Positions 6,801 through 16,000 of a stretch of 20,000 bases of DNA are shown here, one piece after another. Source of the stretch: Deltaproteobacteria bacterium. Lineage in GTDB: Bacteria; Myxococcota; JACRCW01. A program made the position numbers and the translations under genes. The stretch covers positions 44,249-64,248 of the forward strand of contig JACRCW010000128.1 in assembly GCA_016218805.1 (NCBI GenBank), in the 5' to 3' direction. The notes under the pieces are model-generated. The model did not search any database. It worked only from the letters and a program-made list of their open reading frames with translations, and was not told the DNA's origin. How positions within the stretch are numbered: the first letter of the stretch is position 1; each line of letters begins with the position of its first letter.

Positions 6801-7309
6801 TTGATGACAAGAACACCCCGCTGGAGGACTCGCCGCTGCCGCTGGATGACCGCGCCCGCGCGGAGATGCGGGACTTCCGCTCCAGCGTGTCCAACTACGT
6901 GCCGCTGTTTGAGCGCTTCTACCTGGGCGGCAGTGACTCCGTGCGCGGCTTCACGCCGGACGGCGTGCTGGCGTCGGACGACCCCGCCGGGCGGCTGGCG
7001 CAGCGCCCGCTGACCTCGCAGGGCGGCAACGGCTTCTGGAACGTCCGCACGGAGCTGCGTTTTCCCATTGTGGGGCCGTGGGAGGGCGGGCTGTTCCTGG
7101 ACGCGGGCCAGCTGCTGCTGGCGTGGGAGAACTTCAACCCCGCGGAGTTCTCCGCCGGCGCGGGCGTGGGACTGCGCGTGAACACGCCGGTGGGCCCGCT
7201 CATCATTGACATCGGGTTCGGGTTCCTGGACGGACCCCGCGGCCTGGGCCTGCAACAGGGCGAAATCCAGCGCCGGTTCGTGCTGCACCCGGCGCTGGGC
7301 TACTTCTGA
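3851..7309 (+). CDS. Omp85 superfamily (BamA/TamA-like) outer membrane protein with about 7 POTRA domains
   Basis: Signal-peptide-like N-terminus, repeated POTRA patterns (F.GN..., Y...GY..ARV, V.EG), and barrel motifs ERFYLGGSDSVRGF and GAGVGLRVNTPVGPLIIDIGF with a terminal Phe. The GTG start at 3851 is approximate. Confidence 0.93.
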   Translation: MHSPRKTVRPCAVCLAALFAALPVRGQPDAGPDDDAGAAQDAGVPHDAGTAPDAGPPPPAGMDELWGSLVADVVVEVPPGIDRVTAEQLFGVRRGDRLDATAVRRGLRRLVLLAKMEDVRVWAEPLAEGPDSVRVTVQLVRANLLREIRFVGADDIPATSLRRGLALHEADAADPAALEAARMAVADALAQEGYPHARVQAEYRPLPETAQVALVFTVEKGLPQKTLAIRLQGDLRHPAYKLLDIADLGPGGLASRTRLEGAAERLLKWYRAQGHWGARVEPLRVPRSTRGEWVPLTLRIAAGPRWSTEFRGNRVFSSTELRGRLGLPPDRVLDGEVAAALGEQVRAYYRDAGYPHARVSVRAAPGLERGTRRVLFSIREGPYAEVRRVTLKGNPGLRRQQLVDEAVLAAEEELPSDNLIQRLDRHDVDAVLGSGDPEAAALPQGADARAPGVPEWPRTAVGRLVDRERVWDEKRFHKGARAMEDLYKSQGYLQPRVVGPQATYRDDGRQVDVTYTVQSGVQTRIRYLSFRGNAAVLSKDLLEVARQVKGAHRVDPGEPMDLFSVEEARLALEADYANRGYPFARVTDDVVYGKDRSQAGLVYVVDEGPRIRVRDVVVRGNRATRALLINNRLTLRPGALFTAHDVEETRRALLATGLFSSVTVALDPADTGESRTVLVDVRERNYGDGETRIGLSTEQGPRLYAGGSYRNLFGLGMATSGHVRVNWPYPTYFIGFFQNPEQLDKLIGRFDDAALPYPEPAARLGVPPPPTVPGPVMNVVRPALFTEAEALASLAYPRLPFVPLESGVRAEGIFVRANRLAFTLTKGGVIWTLDTKAPSFKYLRASASPSTSLQVSSMRCEVQLSGSAAADTTGRTCADDPLRLTARQDNGVLGLWTLRLPVVLDGRDNIFNPHAGYLVTGSADLVLGGGVLYGATPLSGNLAENQRPVRSTFARFAGAVNGYLPLTRRVTLAISGRVGSIIPIDDKNTPLEDSPLPLDDRARAEMRDFRSSVSNYVPLFERFYLGGSDSVRGFTPDGVLASDDPAGRLAQRPLTSQGGNGFWNVRTELRFPIVGPWEGGLFLDAGQLLLAWENFNPAEFSAGAGVGLRVNTPVGPLIIDIGFGFLDGPRGLGLQQGEIQRRFVLHPALGYF

Positions 7310-7343
7310 TCCGCTGCGGCGCTTGCCGCAAACGGAGGCCCCC

Positions 7344-8123
7344 ATGAGCCACTGGATCTGGCCGCACCTCGATGCGGCGCACTTCTTCCTCTTCGGCGTG
7401 GTGGCCGTGGCGGGTGTGTGCTGCCTGGTCGCCGCCGCCGGCTATCCGTTGGGCTGGGGCGTCCTGGTGCGGCTCGGCGGTGCCGGGTTGGTCTTCCTCG
7501 GCGTCAGTTGGCTGGTCATGGTCGTGATGATGGAAGTGGACCGGCACGGGCGCTCCGCCGGGCGCAACGAGTACCGTGGGGAGGGCATCCTCCTGGTGGC
7601 CGCCATCGTCGGTTCGGTGGTGGCGGCGGTGACGCTGGTGGTGCTGCTGGTGCAGCTTTTCCGGCGTGAGGCGGGACGCGGCCCCCCGTCCAACGCGTGG
7701 CTGTGGGCGGGCGTGGGTCTGCTGCTGGTCATTCCGTTCACCGTGGGTTCCGCCGGGTGGACCCGGGCGCGCGACCTGCGCGCGCTTCCGCTGCGCATGT
7801 TGTTGCGGGACCTCAACACGCTGGGCGCCGGCGAGCGGAAGTGGAAGGCGCTGGTGCCACGCCTGGGGCTGGACGCCCGCACCGAGTGGACGCAGCTGGT
7901 GCATGATCGGTACTCCCGTCCGGACGGTCACCTGGGCCTCCAGGAGAAGTTGGCGGACCCTGACACGCGGGCCCGGCTCCGCAGTGCGTTGGATGACCCC
8001 GATCCTGACGTCCGCCACGCCGCCAAGGTCCTCCTGGTCATTGGTGTGCCAGAGCTGCGAGTGAGGTTCACCAACGCCGTCACCGCACCTGAGCAGGGCG
8101 TACGCGAGGCACTGGACCAATAG
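7344..8123 (+). CDS. Hypothetical integral membrane protein (259 aa, about 4 TM helices) with a C-terminal HEAT-like repeat
   Basis: GGAGG at 7334-7338 precedes ATG 7344. Four hydrophobic stretches lie in the N-terminal half, and ALDDPDPDVRHAAKVLL resembles a HEAT/PBS-lyase repeat. Confidence 0.72.
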   Translation: MSHWIWPHLDAAHFFLFGVVAVAGVCCLVAAAGYPLGWGVLVRLGGAGLVFLGVSWLVMVVMMEVDRHGRSAGRNEYRGEGILLVAAIVGSVVAAVTLVVLLVQLFRREAGRGPPSNAWLWAGVGLLLVIPFTVGSAGWTRARDLRALPLRMLLRDLNTLGAGERKWKALVPRLGLDARTEWTQLVHDRYSRPDGHLGLQEKLADPDTRARLRSALDDPDPDVRHAAKVLLVIGVPELRVRFTNAVTAPEQGVREALDQ

Positions 8124-8377
8124 GCCTGAGTCCCGTGCGCCGCTCAGCGGTGACCTTGTCAACGCGGTGGTGCGGGTCGTCGGGCTTGGCCAGGCTTGGC
8201 CACCGTCACGGCCACACGACCCGCGGACCCGGACTCACATCGCCGACCCGCCGGGACCGGTCTTGACCGGACCCGCACAGGCCCCAACCCGCGGGTCCAC
8301 ATCACGGACGCCCTGCCGCAAAACCCGACTGATGACGACGACGGGGCTCCGCACCACGGGCGCGGGCGGACGTCGGC

Positions 8378-8863
8378 TCAGCTGCCGCCGTCCGCCGGGG
8401 GCGGCAGGCACAACGCCGGCGCCGTGGTGCCCGCGTCCGTCACGCCGTAGGGGACGCGCAGCAGGTCCACCTGTTCGTTGCTGCTGTCCACCACCGTGCG
8501 GCGCGGCAGGTAGGCGTACGTGGGCAGGCTCTGGCCGGGCTCCGGGTCATCGCGGATGACGGGGTCGCCCCCGCCGCACCCCAGCGAGCGCTCCACCTCG
8601 CCGTTGAGGTGGTAGGTCCCGGCGGAGCCGGTGGTGGCCTCCGCCACCACGGTGCCGTCCCGATCCCGCAGGCGCACCAGCTTCCCGCGCAGGCAGCGGA
8701 AGTCCGTGTTGTCCATGACCTGGCCGGTGAAGGCCAGCTGCACGCGGGCGTAGCAGCCGCACACCGTGGTGGCGCAAGCGGGCCCCGCGTCCACGCTGGG
8801 CGTGACGTAGCAGGCCGTGGACAGCAAGAGCGTGGACAGGCCCGGGACAAGGGGGAACCGCAT
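8378..8863 (-). CDS. Putative lipoprotein (161 aa) with a carboxypeptidase-regulatory/prealbumin-like beta-sandwich
   Basis: GGAGG upstream on the minus strand. Signal MRFPLVPGLSTLLLSTA-C has a lipobox. The pattern FTGQVMD..L.G..VRLRDRDGTVVAEATTGSAGTYHL is typical of CarboxypepD_reg-like domains. Several Cys residues are present. Confidence 0.75.
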   Translation of the reverse strand: MRFPLVPGLSTLLLSTACYVTPSVDAGPACATTVCGCYARVQLAFTGQVMDNTDFRCLRGKLVRLRDRDGTVVAEATTGSAGTYHLNGEVERSLGCGGGDPVIRDDPEPGQSLPTYAYLPRRTVVDSSNEQVDLLRVPYGVTDAGTTAPALCLPPPADGGS

Positions 8864-8888
8864 GGCGTGTGGCCTCCGTGGAGCCCCA

Positions 8889-8952
8889 AGTTCAGCGGGC
8901 GCCCCCGGCGGGTGTCAATGCTCCTTGCGTGCGGGCAACGCCCCGGTACGCT
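8889..8952. promoter_or_regulatory. Possible divergent sigma70-type promoters between the lipoprotein and metallophosphoesterase genes
   Basis: Minus strand: perfect TTGACA at 8913-8918, but a weak -10. Plus strand: TTGCGT (8925-8930)-N16-TACGCT (8947-8952), 10 nt before ATG 8963, which has no SD. Confidence 0.3.
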
Positions 8953-8962
8953 GCGCGCTGGC

Positions 8963-9805
8963 ATGTTCTCCCGCCGTGAATTCTTCCAGGGGCTGCTGGC
9001 TCTGCCGCCCGTCCGCGCCATGGTGGACGAGCTGGACCAGGCGCGCACGCTGCGCCCGACGCTGCTGCGGGTGAACGTCCCGGTGCGCGGGCTGGACCGG
9101 CGGTTGGACGGGATGCGCATTGCGCAGATCTCAGACGCGCACATTGGCCTGGCGCTGGGGTTGGACCACCTGGTCAAGGCGGTGCAGCTGTTGGACGCGG
9201 ACCCGCCGGACCTGCTGGCGGTCACCGGGGACCTGCTGGATGACGCGGACTACGGGCGCGCGTGCTTTGACGTGCTGGCGCGCGTGAAGGCGCCCTACGG
9301 CCGCTTCTTCATCATGGGCAACCATGACGTGGGTGCGGGCCGGGACCGCGTGCTGGCCGCCGGGCGGCGCTGCGCGGCGTTCCGCGTCCTGGCCAATGAA
9401 GAGGTGGACGTGGAGGTCCAGGGCGCGCGCTTCCACGTCAGCGGCGTGGACAGCGCGCAGGTGCCGGGCGAATGGGACCTCAACGCCCCCCAGCTGGTGT
9501 CCTACGTCCAGCAGTCCACGCGCCGCCTGGCGGATGGGGACTTCCGCCTGTGCCTGGTGCACCACCCGGACAACTTTGACACCATCCGCGCGCGCGGCGT
9601 GGAGCTCACGCTGGCTGGTCACACCCACGGCGGGCAGCTGGCGCCGCTGGGACCGCTGATGCAGGGCCGGATGTTCAAGTACGTGCGCGGCCTGTACACG
9701 CGCGAGGACAGCCACCTGTACGTCTCCGGCGGCACCGGCCACTGGTTCCCGCTTCGCATTGGCGTGCCGGCTGAGGTCACCGAACTCACCCTCCGCCGCG
9801 TCTGA
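8963..9805 (+). CDS. Calcineurin-like metallophosphoesterase (YkuE/YaeI-like), 280 aa, with a twin-arginine-like N-terminus
   Basis: Motifs ISDAHIG, TGDLLD, GNHD, HHP, GHTHGGQ and the C-terminal LYVSGGTG..PLRIGVPAEV. The N-terminus is MFSRREFF. Confidence 0.92.
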   Translation: MFSRREFFQGLLALPPVRAMVDELDQARTLRPTLLRVNVPVRGLDRRLDGMRIAQISDAHIGLALGLDHLVKAVQLLDADPPDLLAVTGDLLDDADYGRACFDVLARVKAPYGRFFIMGNHDVGAGRDRVLAAGRRCAAFRVLANEEVDVEVQGARFHVSGVDSAQVPGEWDLNAPQLVSYVQQSTRRLADGDFRLCLVHHPDNFDTIRARGVELTLAGHTHGGQLAPLGPLMQGRMFKYVRGLYTREDSHLYVSGGTGHWFPLRIGVPAEVTELTLRRV

Positions 9806-9944
9806 CCGCGCGCGCACGCACAGCGTCACGCCGCTAACGCCAGCACCCCAGCGGCGGGGGAAACCGCGCCCGCATGCGGCCCTTGCCTTGGCGCGGCGCG
9901 TGCAGCACACCTCGCCCTTCTTTGGGCACCCCGGAGGCGGCAGC

Positions 9945-12113
9945 ATGGCTTGGCGAAGGTTGGGATGGGTCCTTTCAGGACTGGCGCTGGCCGCGCCGGC
10001 GCGCGCCGGGACGTTTGATACGCGCGGCGTGTTGCACGTCAGTGCGGACGCAGCGCTGGCGCTGACGTTTGACGGGGCGCAGGAACTCATGGAGCACGGG
10101 GCGCGCCTGTATGACCAGGACATGGCGCCGCTGCCGTCGGACCTGGGTGACCTCAACGCGCACGTGGTGGCTGCCGACGGGGCGGAGCTGGAAGGGACGG
10201 GCTACTACCGCATTGTCCGGGAGTCCTTCCGGGACCCGGGGCCCGCCTACCTGTCCGTGGAGCTGCCCACGCTGGAGGGGCGCGTGCAGGTGAGCGCGTG
10301 GACGCGGGCGGACTCGGTGATCGGCACGCTGTACGCGCTGTATTCGTCCACGTCGGACGGGTCGGACGGGTTCGGGTTTGCCATGGTGCAGGCCACCTGG
10401 AGCGGGCGCCGCACGTCGGATGACTGGGTGGAGGTGACCACCGGACCGGTGGATGCCTCCGTGCTGGGGGTGCCGCTGCGGCGGCTGGTGCTGGCCGCGG
10501 GGTTTGGCAACCTGACGCTGGACGCGCTGGAGGTGCGCCGCGTGGGTGACCGGCTGGTGCCGGACGCCGCGTGCACCATGGCCAGGGTGGAAGACGCGTG
10601 CGGGACCCGGGGCGAATGCATCTACGGCCGCTGCGTGGATGCCGCCGCGGTGTGGGGTGCAGCGCCGCAGACGGAGCTGCACCGGCGGCAATACACGCAA
10701 CGGCTGGGACACATCTTTTCGCGCTTCCATGCCAACCGGGGCGCGGTGAACGCGCGCGGGGGTGACTTCCGGGCGCGGCTGGACGGGCTGGTGGGCATGG
10801 ACTCGCCGCGGGAGTTCTGGGCGGGCGTGTCTGAGGCGGTGAACTTCTTCCGGGACGGCCACACCGGTCCGCCCATGCAGTACGGCCAGTTCTACAGCAG
10901 CGTCCCGTCAACGATGGGCAGCCAGCAGAGCGGAGCGCTGGGGGTGTGCCTGGGCCTGACGGAGCTGGACCTGCGGGGCGGCGGGCTGGGCGTGACGGTG
11001 TTCCGCACCGGTGCGGGGTCCAGCCTGGTGGGGTCCACCCTCCGCGTGGGTGACGTGCTGGTGCGCGTGGATGGTGAACCGCTGGCCACCTGGCTGGCGC
11101 GCGCGGACCGCATGGGGCGCAACGTTCCCTCGGACCCGGGCGCGGACCAGCCGTATGACGTGCTGGACCTCCCCGGCATGCTGTCGGCACGGGCGGGCAC
11201 GCTGGAGTTTGAACGCTGCGTTTCGGCCACGGACTGCGCCAACCCCACCGTGGTCACCGTCCCGGTGGGCGAGCCCGTCCGGACCGCGGTGCTGGCGGCG
11301 GGCTCCCTGGCCGGCGCGGTGCAGCCCGCCTCGTGCGACGGGCGGTTCAGCAACTCCGTGTCCAGCCTGGCGCCACCGTCGGATGACGGCTCAGACGTGG
11401 TGAGCCACGAGCGCGTGGGCGAAATCACGGCGATCCAGTTTGACGGCTTTGCCGCGGACACTCCGTGGGATGACGCCATCCGCCAGTCACTGGCGGGCGC
11501 GCCGCAGTTCCTGCTGTTTGATACGCGGCTGGGCAACGGCGGCTACCTGCAGCGCGTGGAGTTCCTGCTGCACCAGCTGCGGGACAACGGCAGTCCGCAG
11601 GTGGGGCTGGGGGTGGGACGGCCGTGGCAGTCCACGGATCCCATTGGCTATTTTGATACGCAGGCGGACTGTCTGGGGGCCTCTTCCACCGACGAGCTGG
11701 GCCTGGACGCGTGCGCGCAGACCATGGGGGTGCAGACCTGGGACGCACCGGCCAGCGCGTCCGCGGCCAAGGTGGCCTGGCTGAACACGGCGGACATCAG
11801 CGGCAATGACTACGCGCCGCGCCTGCTGCAGGGGCGGCCGGGGTTCCGCATCTTTGGTCCCACGCGCACCGCGGGGGCGTTTGGTGCCATCACCACGCTG
11901 CCGCCGCTGCTGGCCTCCGAATACTACGGCGGCTCCATCCAGGTGCATGACACCCGCTTTGCGGACAGCGCGGAGCTGCTGCTCACCGCGCGCTATGAAA
12001 GCGGCCACGGTGTGCCCCCTGACGAGGTCATCACGCAGAAGCTGTCGGACAGCCTGTCCGGGAGCGACACGATGCTTGCCCGCGCCCGCGCGTGGCTGCT
12101 GGAGACGCCATGA
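9945..12113 (+). CDS. Secreted S41-family serine protease (CPAF/tricorn-like, 722 aa) with PDZ-like domain and N-terminal extension
   Basis: GGAGG at 9933-9937, ATG at 9945 and a Sec signal ending APARA. Motifs: FRDGHTG, PDZ-like LRVGDVLVRVDGEP, LLFDTRLGNGG, ADISGNDYAP (nucleophile Ser), TRTAGAFG, YESGHGVPPD. Confidence 0.82.
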   Translation: MAWRRLGWVLSGLALAAPARAGTFDTRGVLHVSADAALALTFDGAQELMEHGARLYDQDMAPLPSDLGDLNAHVVAADGAELEGTGYYRIVRESFRDPGPAYLSVELPTLEGRVQVSAWTRADSVIGTLYALYSSTSDGSDGFGFAMVQATWSGRRTSDDWVEVTTGPVDASVLGVPLRRLVLAAGFGNLTLDALEVRRVGDRLVPDAACTMARVEDACGTRGECIYGRCVDAAAVWGAAPQTELHRRQYTQRLGHIFSRFHANRGAVNARGGDFRARLDGLVGMDSPREFWAGVSEAVNFFRDGHTGPPMQYGQFYSSVPSTMGSQQSGALGVCLGLTELDLRGGGLGVTVFRTGAGSSLVGSTLRVGDVLVRVDGEPLATWLARADRMGRNVPSDPGADQPYDVLDLPGMLSARAGTLEFERCVSATDCANPTVVTVPVGEPVRTAVLAAGSLAGAVQPASCDGRFSNSVSSLAPPSDDGSDVVSHERVGEITAIQFDGFAADTPWDDAIRQSLAGAPQFLLFDTRLGNGGYLQRVEFLLHQLRDNGSPQVGLGVGRPWQSTDPIGYFDTQADCLGASSTDELGLDACAQTMGVQTWDAPASASAAKVAWLNTADISGNDYAPRLLQGRPGFRIFGPTRTAGAFGAITTLPPLLASEYYGGSIQVHDTRFADSAELLLTARYESGHGVPPDEVITQKLSDSLSGSDTMLARARAWLLETP

Positions 12114-12991
12114 ACACGCGCGCCACGCTTCCCCTGCTTGCCCTGGCGGCCGCCTTGGCCGCCTGCACCACGCCCTCCGCCACCGACGGCGGCCCCGACG
12201 CGGGGACCGTTGACGCGGGGGGCGCCGCGGACGGCGGCAGCGACGCCGGCGTGGTGGTCCCGGATGCGGGCCCGCCGCTGCGCACCGTGGCGGAGAACGC
12301 GCCGCTGTTTGGTGACACCTCCGCCTTCAACCTGCTCCAGGATCCCCTGTTCACCGGGCTGTTCTCGTCCAGCATGTCGTTCTTTGGGCTGGAGACCACC
12401 AGCGGCGGGATGAACGGCGCCTACACGCTGCCGTTTGACCGGGCCACGCCGTCGCGCACGCCCGGGATGACGGTGCTGGTGCGGTCCGGCAGCGGCAAGC
12501 CCACGGCGTTGGCCATGTTTGCCGGTGGCCGCGGGCCGTTCCTGGTGGAGGTGTGGGGCGCCCTCACCGACGACGCGGGCAAACCCTACCGGTCCGATCA
12601 GATCACGGTGCGCGTGGGCGAGGCCTGGCTGGGCTCCACCCCCGGCGTCACCTGGGCGGTGCCGTACATGGAGGGGGATGACCGCGTGGTGGGCGGGCGG
12701 ACCTGGTTCCGGTACGCGGCCACCGTGCCGGACAACCTGCCGTCCATGTGCCTGTTTGTGGCGGAAGGCAGCGTGGGGGGCATGGATCTGGTGCTGGCCG
12801 GCCCGCAGGTGGTCCCCCTGGAACTGCGCGAGGCCGTCCCCGGCCAGCCTCCCCGCCCGCGCACCGTGCAGGCCACGCGCGCCCGCTGGACGCCCGCGGA
12901 CCTTCCCATGCTGCAGCGCGCGCGGGAGCACCTGCCGGGGCTGGCGCCGCCCGCGCTGGGGCGGCGCGAGTTGCTGCGCCCCCGCCGCTGA
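12110..12991 (+). CDS. Hypothetical lipoprotein (293 aa) translationally coupled to the S41 protease
   Basis: ATGA overlap at 12110-12113 with GGAG upstream. Lipobox LAAALAA-C, then a DGG/DAG-rich linker and a beta-rich domain. Confidence 0.8.
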   Translation: MNTRATLPLLALAAALAACTTPSATDGGPDAGTVDAGGAADGGSDAGVVVPDAGPPLRTVAENAPLFGDTSAFNLLQDPLFTGLFSSSMSFFGLETTSGGMNGAYTLPFDRATPSRTPGMTVLVRSGSGKPTALAMFAGGRGPFLVEVWGALTDDAGKPYRSDQITVRVGEAWLGSTPGVTWAVPYMEGDDRVVGGRTWFRYAATVPDNLPSMCLFVAEGSVGGMDLVLAGPQVVPLELREAVPGQPPRPRTVQATRARWTPADLPMLQRAREHLPGLAPPALGRRELLRPRR

Positions 12992-13058
12992 GCGCCCGCG
13001 CGGGCCCCGGGCGCCGCCCGGTTGCAGGGTGCGCGCGGCGCGTGGTTCGCTCCGGGGC

Positions 13059-16000
13059 ATGAACGCGCGCATCCGTTGGCTACTCCCGGTCCTGTTGTCT
13101 GGACTCGCTGGCGCCTGTTCCCCCGTGGACGCGGTGCAGTCGGTGCACTTTGGGCTGCCGGGCACGTCCAAGACGCACGCGGTGATCACGCTGGAGGCGG
13201 GCACGGTGAGCCCGGGCGCCGCCTGGCGCATCCGCTCCGTGGCGCGCGTGGGTGACCACTCCGGCTCCACACAGCTGCCGGAGGGCACGCCGCGCGCCGC
13301 GCTGGACTTCCCGGTCCGGTACGCCGTCATTGCTGAGGGCCTGGAAGGCACGCTGGTGGTGGAGGTGGACGCGCTGGATGCCTCCGGCAACGCGCTGGGG
13401 CGCGCGCGCGGCCAGGTGGCACTGACGCCGCGCGCCGGCGTGTCGCTCACGCTGGTGCTCAGCCAGACGTGCACGCTGGACCCGGACTGCGACGACGGGA
13501 CCTGGTGCAACGGCGTGGACCGCTGTGACCGCGGGATGTGCACGCGGGCGGATCCGTGCCCACCGTCCGCGTTTGCCTGCGTGAGTCAGGTGGAATGCGT
13601 GGAGGCGGACCGGGCGTGCCGCTACACGGTGGACCACGCGGTGTGCGCGCAGGACGGCGGCGCCGCGTTCTCCTGCAACCCCACCGCCGGGTGCGTCCCC
13701 TGCGGTGACGGCGTGGTCAACCCGTACGGCGAGCAGTGTGACGACGGAAATGACAACGCCAACGACGGCTGCCACGCCTGCCACCGGACGGCGTGGACGG
13801 CGGAGGTGCTGGTGGGCGCCGGTCAGCACGAAAGCCGCGCCGACCGCCTGCTGCTGGCGGTGCCGGAGGACATGGTGTTTGACCGGGCGGGGAACCTGTA
13901 CGTGGCGGACTGGGGCCCCGGGCGGGTGTGGCGCCTGGAGGCGGCCACCGGGCGGGTGACCCGCGCCGCGGGCACGGGCGTGTCCGGCTTCAATGGTGAC
14001 GGCGTGCAGGCCACCAGCGCGCAGCTGGCGGGCATCTTTGCGTTGACGCTGGATGACCGCGGCAACCTCTACATTGCGGACACGGAGAACAACCGCATCC
14101 GCCGGGTGGACCGCTCCGGGCTCATCACCACGGTGGCGGGGATTGGCACGGCGGGCCTGGACCCGGACGGCATCCCGGCCACGGCGTCCCGGCTCAACGC
14201 CCCGCAGGGCGTGGCCGTCAGCGAAGCCGGCGAGGTCTACATTGCCGATACCAACAACCACCGCGTGTGCCGCGTGGAGCTCAATGGCCTGCTCACCACG
14301 GTGGCCGGCACCGGCACCGCCGGGTTCAACAATGATGACCAGCCCGCCATCAGCGCCCAGTTGGACAGCCCGGTGGACGTGGCGCTGTTTGGCGCGGAGG
14401 TGTTCATTGCGGACACGGAGAACGACCGGGTGCGCAAGGTGGATGCCGCCGGGTTCATCCGCGCGGTGGCGGGCAACGGTACCAGCGGGTTTGACTTCAA
14501 TGACCGGCTGGCCACCACGGTGAAGCTGACGGCGCCCAGCGGCCTGTGCGTGGAGGCGGACGGGTCCCTGCTCATTGCGGAGGGCACGGGCAACCGGGTG
14601 CGCCGCGTGGAGGCCGGCAGCCAGTTCATCCGCGCCGTGGCCGGGGATGGCAACCCCGGCTACACGGAGGACGGCATCCTGGCGGTGGCCGCGCAGCTCA
14701 ACTTCCCTCGCTGGGTCACCACGGATGAACTGGGCAACATCTATGTGTCTGAAGAACTCAACCAGACCATCCGCCGCATTGACCACGTGGACGGCAAGAT
14801 TGGCACCATGATGGGGCTGTCCGGGCCGGTGTACGCGGGCTACGGCACCAGCGCGCTGACGGCGTGGATGCAGGGCCCCAATGACGTGGCGGTGGGCCCG
14901 GACGGCAGCCTGTACGTCCCGGAGTATGAAGGCCACCGCATCCGCCGCATCCTCCCTGACGGCGGCATCACCACCGCGGTGGGCACCGGCGAGGCCGGTT
15001 ATGAAAGCGACGGCGTCCCCGCCACCGAGGCGCCCATCCAGATTCCCGACGGCACGTTGGTGGACCCGCAGGGGAACATCATCTTCAGTGATTCCGGCAA
15101 CCACTGCATCCGCAAGGTGGCACCCTCCGGGATCATCAGCACGCTGGCGGGCCGGTGCGGCGTGGCCGGCGCCCCGGCCAGCGGCGTGCCCGCCACCCAG
15201 GCGCTGTTCAACTACCCGGCGGGGATTGGGCAGGACGCGGCGGGGAACATCTACGTGTCGGACAGCCAGAACCACGTGGTCCGCAAGATCACGCCGGCGG
15301 GCACCATCACCACGGTGGCCGGGGACCCCGCGTTTGATGACTACGTGGGGGATGACGGCCCGGCGGTGGATGCGCACATCCCGCACGTCTACGGCCTGCG
15401 CGTGTCACCGGAGGGGCGCGTGTACATGGCGGATGACGAAGCGCACGTGGTGCGGATGATTGACCTGGACGGCACCATGCGCCGGCTGGCCGGTGACGGC
15501 AGCCAGGAACCCGGCTTTGCCGGGGACAACGGCCCGGCCACCTCCGCCAAGCTCAACGGGCCGGGCGGCGTGCTGGTGGACGCGCAGGGCAACCTGTTCA
15601 TTGCGGACACGTTCAACCACCGGGTGCGCAAGGTGAGCCCGGTGCTGCCGGACGGCGGGCCGTCCTCCGGCATCATCACCACGTACGCCGGCACCGGCGT
15701 GGCGGGCATTGGCGGTGACCTGGGACCGGCCACCGCGGGGACGTTCAACCGGCCGTATTACATGTCGTTCGCGGCGGACGGCGCGCTGCTCATCTCGGAC
15801 TACAGCAACGGGCTGGTGCGGCGGATTGACGTGGACGGCACGCTGACCACGCTGGGGGGCACGCTGCACCTGGGGGATGGGCCGTTTGTCACCTCGGAAC
15901 TGTTTGGCCCGGCGGCGCTGGCGGCGCTGGAGCCCGCGCGCCTGTGGGTGGCGGACGGGCGCAGCGGGCGGGTGCGGCAGGTGGACCTGGCGGGGCAGCT

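Noticed and set aside
4613..7345. 910-aa minus-strand ORF
   Set aside because: Antisense shadow of the Omp85 gene caused by high-GC codon bias, with no recognisable motifs.
8124..8377. Intergenic ACCCG-rich stretch with a 9-bp inverted repeat (8172-8180/8216-8224)
   Set aside because: No regular period or clear unit; compatible with chance in high-GC DNA.
12519..13058. N-terminal extension of the NHL ORF given in the track
   Set aside because: It overlaps the lipoprotein gene 12110-12991, and ATG 13059 yields a clean lipoprotein signal.
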